From positions 32,001 through 96,000 of the forward strand of contig JBDKFG010000002.1 in the NCBI GenBank assembly GCA_039798785.1: a stretch of DNA of 64,000 bases, written 5' to 3'. Under the pieces are notes generated by a model that worked only from the letters and a program-made list of their open reading frames with translations, was not told the origin of the DNA and did no database searches. Below are positions 9,430-18,862 of this stretch, piece after piece; the first letter of the stretch is position 1, and each line of letters begins with the position of its first letter. The DNA comes from Verrucomicrobiota bacterium (GTDB taxonomy: Bacteria; Verrucomicrobiota; Lentisphaeria; Lentisphaerales; Lentisphaeraceae). Position numbers and translations under genes: made by a program.

Positions 9430-10212
9430 ATGTGGCGATTTCTGCAAATCCTGAGTCTGCTCCTCCTCGCCTCCTGCGCCGGCGAAGGCGGCAGGCTGCT
9501 GCCCTCAGCCCCCGCCCCTCTTCCCGAGGCGGGAAATCACCGTCTCATCCTCTGCCGCAATCTCGACTACCCCTGGCCATGGGACTCCCTCCAGCCCTGG
9601 GCGACGAGCCAGGAGATCCTGGTAGCGATCGCCACGCGCTCCTGGGGGCTGCAGGAATCGCAGATCCGGCGCTTCGATGGCGACCCCAGTCACTGCTTGA
9701 ACGACCTCGAAGGATTCGACGGACCGCTCCTCATCGCCCTCAGCGGCCATGTCCTGGAGAGCGGCGAACTCCTCCTGCCGGATCGACGCCGAATCGCCCT
9801 GTCGTCTTGGATCGAAGGCTTGGCGACGCGACGCGGCCCCACTTGGCTCCTCCTCGACAACTGCCACTCGGGACGCTTTCAAGCGCCAGCCCATTCGCAG
9901 GTGCGCATCCTCAGCGTCTGCGGCAGGGACGAACTCAGCCGCGAGCTCCGCCTCAGCGCCAATCGCCTGCCCACCCTGCGTCGCCTCTACGCCCCGGGGA
10001 GACAATGGATCGAAGAGCGTTTCGACGCGAGATCCGTCTCCCCCCTCGGCCTCGTCCTCGCCCAGGTCGAAACCCAGGGTTGGCCCAAAGGCGGATTAGA
10101 TGCCAAGCTCCAAGCATTGACCACGGAAGCTCATCGGTTCAACTCCCTCCCCGGACTCGGCAATCAACGTTTTGATCTTCGCGGAATCCCCCCGTCCACC
10201 ACTGGACGCTGA
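9430..10212 (+). CDS. putative lipoprotein with a caspase/metacaspase-like (C14) domain
   Basis: Signal peptide with lipobox LLLLASC; LIALSGH and LLLDNCHSG match the His/Cys dyad motifs. Confidence 0.6.
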   Translation: MWRFLQILSLLLLASCAGEGGRLLPSAPAPLPEAGNHRLILCRNLDYPWPWDSLQPWATSQEILVAIATRSWGLQESQIRRFDGDPSHCLNDLEGFDGPLLIALSGHVLESGELLLPDRRRIALSSWIEGLATRRGPTWLLLDNCHSGRFQAPAHSQVRILSVCGRDELSRELRLSANRLPTLRRLYAPGRQWIEERFDARSVSPLGLVLAQVETQGWPKGGLDAKLQALTTEAHRFNSLPGLGNQRFDLRGIPPSTTGR

Positions 10213-10265
10213 GCGTTCGCGGCGTATTCTTGGCCCCGCCAAGTCTTCCCGGCCTGGCGACCTGC

Positions 10266-10349
10266 GCGCAGGTGGTGAAATGGCAGACACGGCGGTCTTA
10301 GAAGCCGCTGCCGAAAGGCGTAGGGGTTCAAGTCCCCTCTTGCGCACCA
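10266..10349 (+). tRNA. tRNA-Leu (anticodon TAG)
   Basis: Acceptor stem GCGCAGG/CTTGCGC, anticodon arm GCGGT-CTTAGAA-GCCGC, long variable arm, GGTTCAAGTCC T-arm, encoded CCA. Confidence 0.97.
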
Positions 10350-10356
10350 GATTTAA

Positions 10357-10500
10357 AATCAACGGCTTGCATCGAAAGATGGAGGCCGTTTTTTTGGGTT
10401 GAAAATTTCGCGAGCAATCCGAAGCGTGAGCAGAAGACCGTGAAATTCGTGAGCGCTGAGCACAAATCTAGCTCAAATAAGCGTGAGCTGAGCACGAAGC
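10357..10500. promoter_or_regulatory. attL-like region: IHF site, terminator-like hairpin, arm-like repeats
   Basis: AATCAACGGCTTG (10357-10369) matches WATCAANNNNTTR; hairpin AACGGCTT...GAGGCCGTT plus T-tract; repeated CGTGAGC/GAGCAC motifs at 10424-10495. Confidence 0.55.
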
Positions 10501-10781
10501 TCTTTCCCGATAGCAAAATTATGGGCTAAGGGGCGCTAAGGGACTCCTTCAAGAATTTGCTGGCCCATCCAACAGACCCACATGACTGGATCTAAAGTTT
10601 GTCGGATCTTGGCTGTGTCGTAAACCGATTCCCGAGCTCTCGCATCCCGCCGCCTTTGTTGCCCAGACTTCCGCTTTCGGGTCATTCGAGGGCCATCCTT
10701 CTGGAAACGGCCACAGCCTTGGCATGGGGGCGAAAAGCCTCGCCCTGAGCGAAAGAAAGCAATCAGATTTGTTAGCGCCTC

Positions 10782-11510
10782 TTATTGCTGTGCCACTCCA
10801 TCCAATCTCTCCTTCAGCTCCTGCCACTCGGGCAGGAGCTGGGTGAGGAGTCGGTAGAAACGAGGGCTGTGGTTGTGTTCGGCAAGATGGCAGAGCTCGT
10901 GCAAGATAACATAGTCGATGCAGGGACGCGGAGCGCGGATGAGCTGGGGATTCAGGGTCAAGGTGCCTTTGGTCGAGCAGTTGCCCCACTGGGCCTTCAT
11001 GGTGAGGAGCTTGAGCTTGGGCTCTTCCTTGATCCAGGTGAGCTGCGGTAGTAGAGCCGCGAGGCGCTGAGGAAAGAGTTCGCGAGCTCGCTCCTTGTAC
11101 CACTGCGCCAGGAGTTCGCGTCCCTTGACGGGATCGCTCTCGCGTTGGGTGACTTCGAGCTGCCCACGCCACAGCCGCACACGAGGCTGAGCCTCGGCGT
11201 CGACGATAACCTTGAGCTGGTGGCGTCGCCCGAGGTAGAGATGGCTTTCGCCGCTGACGAAGCTGCGCTCGGGGCGTTCCTGAAGCTGCGCCCGGAAGTG
11301 TTCCAGTTGTTCGTGAATCCAGCGGCCTCGCCGCTTCAAGGCGGCCAGGACTTCGGCGTCACTGGCGTCGAGACGCGCATGGGCGACGACACGCCCCTCG
11401 GGATGAACCTTGATCAGTAGACGCGGCACGGTGCTGCGACGTTCTTCACGTTCGCAGGAGATGATCTTGCCGCCGTAGAGGAAGCGCAACAGCCCCGAAT
11501 TCCCCTTCAC
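10782..11510 (-). CDS. M48/YgjP (DUF45) family zinc metallopeptidase, type I R-M associated
   Basis: GESHLYLG, QWGNCS, IDYVILHELCHL(HExxH)...HSPRFY; overlaps the hsdR stop. Confidence 0.9.
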   Translation of the reverse strand: MKGNSGLLRFLYGGKIISCEREERRSTVPRLLIKVHPEGRVVAHARLDASDAEVLAALKRRGRWIHEQLEHFRAQLQERPERSFVSGESHLYLGRRHQLKVIVDAEAQPRVRLWRGQLEVTQRESDPVKGRELLAQWYKERARELFPQRLAALLPQLTWIKEEPKLKLLTMKAQWGNCSTKGTLTLNPQLIRAPRPCIDYVILHELCHLAEHNHSPRFYRLLTQLLPEWQELKERLDGVAQQ

Positions 11511-14500
11511 TTTTCGGCCTTCCCGCTTCTCGTGATCTGCACGATCTTGTCGACCATCGCTTTGGCGTGGTCCATGCCGGCGCCCTTAGCTTTGCACTCG
11601 GCGAAGAGGCGCGGTAGCAGGCTCTTGCGGATGGCGGCTTCGATGTTCTGCGGGTTGAGGGAGTTCTCGGCCACGGCCTGGTCGATCTGGCCTTCGAGTT
11701 CCTTGGCGAGTTTCACCCAGTGGTCTTCGTCGGCGGGAGCGATTGTGCCGAAGCTGTCCAGCAGGCTCATCTTGAAGACGCCGTAGCAGGATTGGGCCAG
11801 GCGTTGACCCTGGAAGCGGTCGACGGGAACGCCGGGGGCCTGGCGCTCCTGCACCTTCTCTTCGAACTCACGGAAGAGCATGTACTGCTTGAGCGGGTGC
11901 TCGAAGAGTTTCTTGGCTTCCTCAATCACTTCGCGCAGCATCTTCGAGAAGGCCTCCTGGGCGTAGGGGTCGTCGCGCAGGTCTTGCTCGATCTTCTTCG
12001 GCAGACGGCTCTTGATGATGTCGGTCTCGTTGCGGGTCTTGCTCTCGCTCCAATCTTCGAGCTTCTGCGGCTTGCCCATGCGGCCGACTTCGTAGACGCC
12101 TTCGGGTTCGCAGACCTCGATGCCGATCACATGCTTGTCGAGCAGTTTCTTGATCTGCGGCGCGTAGGCCTCGTAACTGATGGTCTCGCCGGCGTCGCGA
12201 CGGGCGAGCTGACGAAGGCTGGAAAGGACCTTGAGGGTCTCCTTGTAGCGGTTGCGATCGGCGTCGCTGAAGCTCTTGTCGGCGAAGAAGCTGGCGGATT
12301 GCAGGGCCACCTTGAGGCAGGTGCCAAACTCGGTGAGGGCGGCGTAGAAGTCGTCGCGCACCTTCTGGTTGCGGTCGACCATCTCCTTGCGGCCGTCGAG
12401 ATCTACTTCCTCCAGTTGCGGCACCAACACTTGGCGGAGCTGCTCGATGTCCTGCTTGTTCTTGACCGCCTTGAAGAAGCTCCACACCTGGTCGTGCAGA
12501 CGCGGCAAGCGCTTGTATTCGCTGCTCATCTGCTGGTACAGGCCCTCCAAGTCTTGGGCGTCGAAGCCGCCGAGGGTGCGGGCGGCGAGATCCTGGTACT
12601 TGGCCAAGGTGGTGTCGAGCTCGGAAAGGATGCCGCGGTAGTCAATCAGAAGGCCGAACTTCTTCTTCTCGTGCAGGCGGTTGACCCGAGCAATGGCCTG
12701 CAGGAGGTTGTGCTCCTTCAGGGGCTTGTCGATGTAGAGCACGGAGTTCAAGGGCTCGTCAAAGCCGGTGAGGAGTTTGTCGACAACGATCAAAAGGCGC
12801 AGGGCGGGATCTTCCTCGAAGCGCTTGATCATTTCCTTGGCGTAGTCGCTCTCGTCCTTGTTGCCGACGTTGTCTTTCCACCACTTGCTGACCTCGGGCT
12901 GGGCGCTTTCGTCGACCTCGGTGTTGCCCTCGCGGGTATCCGGGGCGGAGATGACGACGGCTGATTCAAAGAGGCCGGCTTCGTCGAGGTAGCGCTTGTA
13001 CTGGATCGCGGCGAGCTTGGAATCGCAGGCGAGCTGGCCCTTCAGGGGCTCTTCGATGTTCTTCGAGAGGTGATCGGCGATGTCCAGGGCGATCAGGCGG
13101 ATGCGGTCCTCGGCGGCGTAGATCTGGCCCTTCTTGGCGAACTTCTGCTTCAGGTCGCTCTTCTGCTTGCTGGTGAGATCGGTCGTGATGCGCTCGAACC
13201 AGGTGTCGATGGCGCGCTCGTTCACTTCCAGGTCGGGGACGCGCTCTTCGTAGAGCAAGGGGGTGACGGTCTGGTCGGCGACGGCGCGCTGCATGGTGTA
13301 GGCGTGGACGATGGAGCCGAACTTGCCAGTGGTCTTGTCTTCCTTCAGCAGGGGCGTGCCGGTGAAGGCGACGAAGGCGGCCTTGGGCAGGGCGAGCTTC
13401 ATCCGCTCGTGGTTCTCGCCGCCCTGACTGCGGTGGCCTTCATCCACCAGCACGATGATGTCGCTGCTGTCGTTCTTGCACTCGGGCAGCTTGGTCGCGG
13501 TGTTGAACTTCTGCACCAGAGTGAAGATGATGCGCTCGCTGCCGGAGCCGATCTGTTCGGCGAGGCGTTTACCGGTGCTCGCCAGGGCCTCACCTTGATC
13601 CTTCTTGCTCAGTTCGCCGCCGCTGGCGAAGCTGCGGCTGAGCTGGGTCTCCAGGTCGACGCGGTCGGTGACGACGATCAGGCGGCATTGCTTCAAGGCG
13701 GGATGGAAGATCAGGGCCTTGGAGAGCAGCACCATGGTGAAGCTCTTGCCGGAGCCGGTGGTGTGCCAGATGACGCCGCCTTCGCGGGCGCCGCCCGGGC
13801 TCTTGCGGCAGACGCGCTCGATCAGGCGCTTGATGCCGAAAACCTGCTGGTGACGCGCCACGATCTTGCCGGCCTTCTTGTCGAAAAGGGTATAGAAACG
13901 GGTCATTTCCAAAAGGCGTTGCGGACTCAGCAAACTGATGATCAGGCGATCCTGGTCGGTGACGGCGAGTTCGCCGCCAGCGCGCAGTTCCTGGTACCAG
14001 TCTCGATCGCCAGCCTTGCGGTGGCCAAAGAGGCAAACGAGCTGCTCCGCGCTCAAGGGGCTGTTCTTGACACGGTGGAAATGGCTGTCGCTGAAGTCCT
14101 CCTCGGCCCAGACGGCCCAGAATTTGGTGGCCGTTCCCTGGGTGCCGTATCGCCCTTCGGCGCCGTTGATCGACATCAGGATCTGGGAATATGCGTAGAG
14201 ATGGGGAATCTCATCGGGACGTTGGTTGCGCAGATGCTGCGAAATCCCCTCTTCCACCGTCGGTCCGCGCCCGGCATGGCCATCAGGACGCTTGGCCTCG
14301 ATCACCGCCAAGGGCAGGCCATTGACGAAGCAGACGATGTCGGGACGCCGGGTCTCGATGCCGCCGCTGCGGAGGAGGCAAAACTCTTCAGTGAAGTGGA
14401 AGCGGTTGTTCTCCGGCTTCTCCCAGTCGATCAGGGGAATCGTCGGGCTGAGTTTCTTGCCCTCGACAAAGACGGTCGTGCTGACGCCGTAGATTAGGGC

Positions 14501-14788
14501 ATTGCTCAGGGTCTCGTTGGCCTTGCCCAGACCTTCGTTGAGAGGCGGCGTGGCCACATGGTTGATGATGTCGTCAATCGCCGCTTCGCTCAGGGCATGG
14601 AGTCCGCCGGCATGGGGGAAACGCCGCTGCCGCAGCTCACCTCGCAGAACCTCACGCAAGACCACTTCATGGGTCTTGCCGCTCCGCGCCGCCAAGGCCT
14701 GGTCGGGACTCAGGAAGCTCCAGCCAAGCTGGCTCAGCAGAGCCAGGGCGGGGATCTTGGAGCTGTATTCTTCTTGAAAGCGGATCAT
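11507..14788 (-). CDS. hsdR: type I restriction endonuclease subunit R
   Basis: PDIVCFVNGLPLAVIEAK nuclease motif, WHTTGSGKS, DEGHR, FTGTP, LLTGFD, QAIARVNR. Confidence 0.97.
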   Translation of the reverse strand: MIRFQEEYSSKIPALALLSQLGWSFLSPDQALAARSGKTHEVVLREVLRGELRQRRFPHAGGLHALSEAAIDDIINHVATPPLNEGLGKANETLSNALIYGVSTTVFVEGKKLSPTIPLIDWEKPENNRFHFTEEFCLLRSGGIETRRPDIVCFVNGLPLAVIEAKRPDGHAGRGPTVEEGISQHLRNQRPDEIPHLYAYSQILMSINGAEGRYGTQGTATKFWAVWAEEDFSDSHFHRVKNSPLSAEQLVCLFGHRKAGDRDWYQELRAGGELAVTDQDRLIISLLSPQRLLEMTRFYTLFDKKAGKIVARHQQVFGIKRLIERVCRKSPGGAREGGVIWHTTGSGKSFTMVLLSKALIFHPALKQCRLIVVTDRVDLETQLSRSFASGGELSKKDQGEALASTGKRLAEQIGSGSERIIFTLVQKFNTATKLPECKNDSSDIIVLVDEGHRSQGGENHERMKLALPKAAFVAFTGTPLLKEDKTTGKFGSIVHAYTMQRAVADQTVTPLLYEERVPDLEVNERAIDTWFERITTDLTSKQKSDLKQKFAKKGQIYAAEDRIRLIALDIADHLSKNIEEPLKGQLACDSKLAAIQYKRYLDEAGLFESAVVISAPDTREGNTEVDESAQPEVSKWWKDNVGNKDESDYAKEMIKRFEEDPALRLLIVVDKLLTGFDEPLNSVLYIDKPLKEHNLLQAIARVNRLHEKKKFGLLIDYRGILSELDTTLAKYQDLAARTLGGFDAQDLEGLYQQMSSEYKRLPRLHDQVWSFFKAVKNKQDIEQLRQVLVPQLEEVDLDGRKEMVDRNQKVRDDFYAALTEFGTCLKVALQSASFFADKSFSDADRNRYKETLKVLSSLRQLARRDAGETISYEAYAPQIKKLLDKHVIGIEVCEPEGVYEVGRMGKPQKLEDWSESKTRNETDIIKSRLPKKIEQDLRDDPYAQEAFSKMLREVIEEAKKLFEHPLKQYMLFREFEEKVQERQAPGVPVDRFQGQRLAQSCYGVFKMSLLDSFGTIAPADEDHWVKLAKELEGQIDQAVAENSLNPQNIEAAIRKSLLPRLFAECKAKGAGMDHAKAMVDKIVQITRSGKAEK

Positions 14789-14912
14789 ATGCAGAGTGAG
14801 GGGTGAAGGATTAATAGAGAAAATGGTGGCAGCAGATACATGGTGCAAAGACTGCGGGGAGTTGCAATCGAGCTGCATTCGCGTATCTTCAAGGCTGAAC
14901 TAAGGGGGAAGC

Positions 14913-15446
14913 ATGAGCACCATTCTAAACGAAATTCGCTACGCGACCTTAGCTCTCCCTCAGAAGAATTTTGGCTTGAGTGGTGCAAACGAGCCTGAGA
15001 AGGAGTTTGCCGATGCATTCTCCTCTGTTTATATGAATTCATACGCATGTATCCATAAGCCTCGGGTTGATGAAGAACAGATATTTCTCCGGGAGTTCCC
15101 CGTACCTAGTCTTGGCATCGCCGATCTGGTTTCTATTTCTATGATCGATAGCGAGCCTAGATTGATCCGCGCCTTTGAATTCAAAATTGACGCTTGGAGC
15201 AAAGGCTTGTCTCAGGCGTTTAGATACAACTATTATGCGGATGCCGCAATTCTGGTTGTTCCCACAAAAAAACTTGATGCTGCTCAAAAATCTTTGGATC
15301 TTTTTGAGAGCGCCCAAGTGGGGCTGTGGGGATTCGACATGAAAACCCTGAAAATTGCGCGGGTGTTCACTCCACGGCCTAAGAAGGCTTATATGAATAA
15401 ATACAGACAAATTGCACTCCGTAATTTAGAGGTTGTCATCGGGTAG
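14913..15446 (+). CDS. PD-(D/E)XK restriction-endonuclease-fold protein
   Basis: REF...GIADLV...AFEFK...W.KGL.QA..Y..YAD pattern; AT-rich; antisense to the operon. Confidence 0.65.
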   Translation: MSTILNEIRYATLALPQKNFGLSGANEPEKEFADAFSSVYMNSYACIHKPRVDEEQIFLREFPVPSLGIADLVSISMIDSEPRLIRAFEFKIDAWSKGLSQAFRYNYYADAAILVVPTKKLDAAQKSLDLFESAQVGLWGFDMKTLKIARVFTPRPKKAYMNKYRQIALRNLEVVIG

Positions 15447-16637
15447 TTCAGCCGCTTCTCTAAAATGTCTAATGCCGTCTTTAAGTGGCTTTAGGTGTTC
15501 TTTTGTCGACTTTCTATCTAAAGCCATTCGGCTATTAGAAATCATTGCATATGTTGACTCCGCAAAACCAATACTTAAACCGCAATTTTTAAGACTCTGA
15601 TGAACATCTCCTTCAACGATAATATCTTGACAAAGTGAGCTGATAGATTGCCAAGATTGCAAAACTTCAAAAGTGCGCTCTTCCGGTTCTGGGGCGTAGT
15701 ATTTATCTGTCTCTAGCTTGTTGATAATTTTTCCAATTCCATAGCTTAACATTTGTTCTTTTTCAGCGAAGGTTATTCGATTAAGAAGGATTTTGCTTAA
15801 ATATCTATAAACAGGTTGCCGACCTTGCGATGGCTCGGGGAAAAACTTTTCCATTGAAAACGTTCTGAGATTCTCCCACCAGCCAGTTGCGCCAGCATAA
15901 GCACCAGCTGCGCCTAGGAATGGTGTTAACAAATCCGAGTAACCATTTATTACCTTAAACCCGTTTATTTTCAAGGCGTGGTTCAAGAGCATCCAGTTGC
16001 CGATGACATCAGAGTTGTAGATGTCAGATCTAATTTGTGCGGAACGCGATCCGATAATTACATAAAAACCATCCGGAGAGTCCTCCTCAAGCATCGTAAT
16101 ATCATTAAGGAATTCTCTGAAATTTCCTTGGTCAATCAATGCCTCGCGATTTATAGCCAATGTCGTGTAGAGCGGCAAGGCAGAAAACTCAGAGTTTCCA
16201 TGAATCGCCCTAGCTTGGCGAATGAAATTTTTCGCGATAACTGCTTCCTGAGAATCCAAAGATTGTGAGACGTATATATTGGGCGATATTACACCATTTA
16301 AATTCAGACCTGATAAACATCTGTAATATTCACTGAGGATAAAATCCACATTCTTTATTTGCTCCAATTGGCGCTTTTGGTAACATTTGAAATATTCCCA
16401 CTCAGGAAGATTGCCGAGTTTTGCATTTTCGCCCTGGGACCCAAGAGCGGCATAAAACTGGGGATCAATGAAATATTCTGCATCCACCCCATTTTTTCGA
16501 TGCTCCTCAATTAACTTATTGATTTTGGTAGGGTCCGATTCTTTTGGGCTAAAGATGGCTCCATTGAGGTATCCAAGCTTGATGGCCTCTTTTATTTTGT
16601 CTTTCGGTCCATGACCAGACTGTGCATAAAGCTTCAT
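15426..16637 (-). CDS. hypothetical protein, probable TIM-barrel (beta-family/sce7725-like by inference)
   Basis: 403 aa with alternating beta/alpha pattern; LYAQSGHG, GAIFSP, FIDPQFY, GVISP, DGFYVI; ATGA-coupled to the kinase. Confidence 0.55.
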   Translation of the reverse strand: MKLYAQSGHGPKDKIKEAIKLGYLNGAIFSPKESDPTKINKLIEEHRKNGVDAEYFIDPQFYAALGSQGENAKLGNLPEWEYFKCYQKRQLEQIKNVDFILSEYYRCLSGLNLNGVISPNIYVSQSLDSQEAVIAKNFIRQARAIHGNSEFSALPLYTTLAINREALIDQGNFREFLNDITMLEEDSPDGFYVIIGSRSAQIRSDIYNSDVIGNWMLLNHALKINGFKVINGYSDLLTPFLGAAGAYAGATGWWENLRTFSMEKFFPEPSQGRQPVYRYLSKILLNRITFAEKEQMLSYGIGKIINKLETDKYYAPEPEERTFEVLQSWQSISSLCQDIIVEGDVHQSLKNCGLSIGFAESTYAMISNSRMALDRKSTKEHLKPLKDGIRHFREAAELPDDNL

Positions 16638-17557
16638 TTGACATCTCCTAACTTTCTGATTAACATAGTCAAGTTATTTGGCCTTAGCGCCGGGCTTTTT
16701 TTAATCAATTGATCAATGGTTTCGCAAAAATCCTTTGGCAAATCGGGCCTGCGAAGTGTCAGTGGCGGCGGGGCATTATTGATAATCCGATGAAGAGTAT
16801 TATAAACGGAGTCATCGCGCCGCATGAAGGGATTATCTCCGGTAGCATGTTCATATATTACTAGTCCAGACGTGTACAAATCTGACCTATAATCCAAGTT
16901 TTCACGGAAACTATTTTGAAGCATTTCAGGAGCTAAATAATATCGCGTCCCAGGAATCGCGCCTTGATTTTGAGTTAAGGCTGTGCCCCCAACAATAAAA
17001 GCAATTCCTAAATCAAGCAGAATAAACTGTCTGGAGCTATCACTTGTCATCATTATGTTTTCCGGCTTGATATCTCTATGAATAGCATTTAAAGCCGTCA
17101 TCCCCTTGATCGATTCCATCAAACATAATGCCAGCTTTCGCAATTCATCTATTGATGGAGAACGATTAGGATTTATCATTCTTCTAAGCATCACACCATC
17201 AATGTATTCTTCTGAGTAGAATAAGTATTTCTGTCCGTTAATAGATTTTTCAAATGGATGAATCGATCCAAGCTTCACCATGTATTTTGAATTACATTTT
17301 CTAAGAATATCGATCTCTCGATAAATTCTCTTTAGATTCTCCTCTTGATCTTCATCAATTTTTTGCTTGTCTAGATCCTCTTCTTCATCTGCATTGACCG
17401 AGCTTGGTATCGCGACAACCTTAATTGCTTCATAAATATTTTCGGATATGACCTTCGCCTTAAACACCATCTTGAAACTTCCCTTGCCGAGGTATGTAGG
17501 CTCGGAAATTCCAGGGCAATGCAAAAGCAGATCTTCGGGAGTGAAATTGAAAGTCAT
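16634..17557 (-). CDS. Hanks-type Ser/Thr protein kinase (stand-alone, soluble)
   Basis: GKGSFKMV, AIK, REIDIL, HRDIKPEN, DLG, GTRYYLAPE, SDLY. Confidence 0.92.
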   Translation of the reverse strand: MTFNFTPEDLLLHCPGISEPTYLGKGSFKMVFKAKVISENIYEAIKVVAIPSSVNADEEEDLDKQKIDEDQEENLKRIYREIDILRKCNSKYMVKLGSIHPFEKSINGQKYLFYSEEYIDGVMLRRMINPNRSPSIDELRKLALCLMESIKGMTALNAIHRDIKPENIMMTSDSSRQFILLDLGIAFIVGGTALTQNQGAIPGTRYYLAPEMLQNSFRENLDYRSDLYTSGLVIYEHATGDNPFMRRDDSVYNTLHRIINNAPPPLTLRRPDLPKDFCETIDQLIKKSPALRPNNLTMLIRKLGDVK

Positions 17558-17570
17558 AATGATGGCTCCT

Positions 17571-18236
17571 TCAGTTTTGTTGCCCTTGTGTAAATTCTTT
17601 CGATCCTGCGGCCATATTTTCTACATCCCCCATAATAACAGTCTTATATATGTGGTTTACAATATTCATCTGACTTGTGTTGGTTTTAATCATTTCGAAA
17701 TCTGAACACTGAGATTCAATTTCCAATGTAAACAAAATTATTTTAGTTTTTATTGTATCAATAATTTTTACCAGTCTCGACTCTGGGATTAATTTCTTAA
17801 CTCCGACTAGCTTCATGTTGTTGTAGAAATTATCTTCAATGAGATTGATAAAATCCTGGGGAATAGCGGTGTTAACTACGCCTGCTTTACATGATTTTAT
17901 TAAATTGTCAATTTCAGAAATCCCCTCACCTAGGTCGCAGCAAAAAAATATATCTCTTAAATCTTCAGGAACATTTAATTCGGGCAGCTGCACATCTTTA
18001 AGTGATTGAAACCTGCCAATGAAATGCCCTAATACTAAAGTCCTGAACTTTCTATATTCCGGGATATTTTCTTTATCTCTGTATCCATCCAGCTCAGAAT
18101 TTACCCAGTCCTTAAATTTATCGTGATTTAATTTATATGCAAGAATTAAACAGAGTCTTAGCAAAGATGAAATATCAATCTTGGGGTCAACTGCCGCAGT
18201 TTGAATCTGCTGTAATAGAGTCGATTGGCGTTCCAT
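17571..18236 (-). CDS. AbiTii-domain protein
   Basis: ISSLLRLCLILAYKL...DWVNSELDGY...IPEYRK signature. Confidence 0.8.
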   Translation of the reverse strand: MERQSTLLQQIQTAAVDPKIDISSLLRLCLILAYKLNHDKFKDWVNSELDGYRDKENIPEYRKFRTLVLGHFIGRFQSLKDVQLPELNVPEDLRDIFFCCDLGEGISEIDNLIKSCKAGVVNTAIPQDFINLIEDNFYNNMKLVGVKKLIPESRLVKIIDTIKTKIILFTLEIESQCSDFEMIKTNTSQMNIVNHIYKTVIMGDVENMAAGSKEFTQGQQN

Positions 18237-18862
18237 TAGGAGACTCCATAAAAGGATTTTAGTGCTCCGACAACGAATTCAGAAATTACATTCACAGTTA
18301 CCGCTCCACCGAGGCCAACAGCCGCCTTAGTCATCATCTTGCCGATCCAAGCCCCAACTTTAGGGCCAAATCTTTCAGGCACCTCTAATTTAGGCTCCTC
18401 GCTGACAGCCTGCTTGAGCTCTACAATATCTTCCTCATTGACCCCTTTTGACTTCAATGCAGCGGAAAGACTCTCCCAATTACCAGTGTATATTGTTATG
18501 GTTGATGATTGGGTGAAATTCGAGCTATTCACAGCAATGTTCCCAACTGAACCATGAATAGTGATTCCGTGGTTTGGCGTGGGTTGATTCATTTTGACAT
18601 CTCCTTTGATTAATTTGAGGGAGTAGTGATCAGAAATGCCTCCAATGCCTTTTTGGCAGTGGCTTTCGACAATCGTGTATCGTTCAGTTTTTCCATTTGG
18701 CAGTTGTCGCGTCAACGTGTCGCCATCATCTGCGTCGCAGGTAAGATCAAAAATTGTAGTTGGATGCTTTAGCTGCAAGGCAGTCTTAAATGGCCCCAAG
18801 GTTTTGCCATTTAATTTTTCGATATAAACTGAGTCATTCATCAGATCATCGAACGGATTCAT
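18236..18862 (-). CDS. hypothetical protein with a C-terminal helical domain of the kind often seen on AbiTii proteins
   Basis: C-terminus SLSAALKSKGVNEEDIVELKQA...FGPKVGAWIGKM...ALKSFYG; coupled to hsdS and to the AbiTii gene. Confidence 0.7.
   Translation of the reverse strand: MNPFDDLMNDSVYIEKLNGKTLGPFKTALQLKHPTTIFDLTCDADDGDTLTRQLPNGKTERYTIVESHCQKGIGGISDHYSLKLIKGDVKMNQPTPNHGITIHGSVGNIAVNSSNFTQSSTITIYTGNWESLSAALKSKGVNEEDIVELKQAVSEEPKLEVPERFGPKVGAWIGKMMTKAAVGLGGAVTVNVISEFVVGALKSFYGVS

Noticed and set aside
10560..10780. Possible attC after the M48 gene (CGCTAAC on the minus strand)
   Set aside because: No matching L boxes or GTTRRRY at a plausible distance
11720..14497. Long plus-strand ORFs (414 and 475 aa)
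   Set aside because: Antisense shadows of hsdR with no motifs of their own
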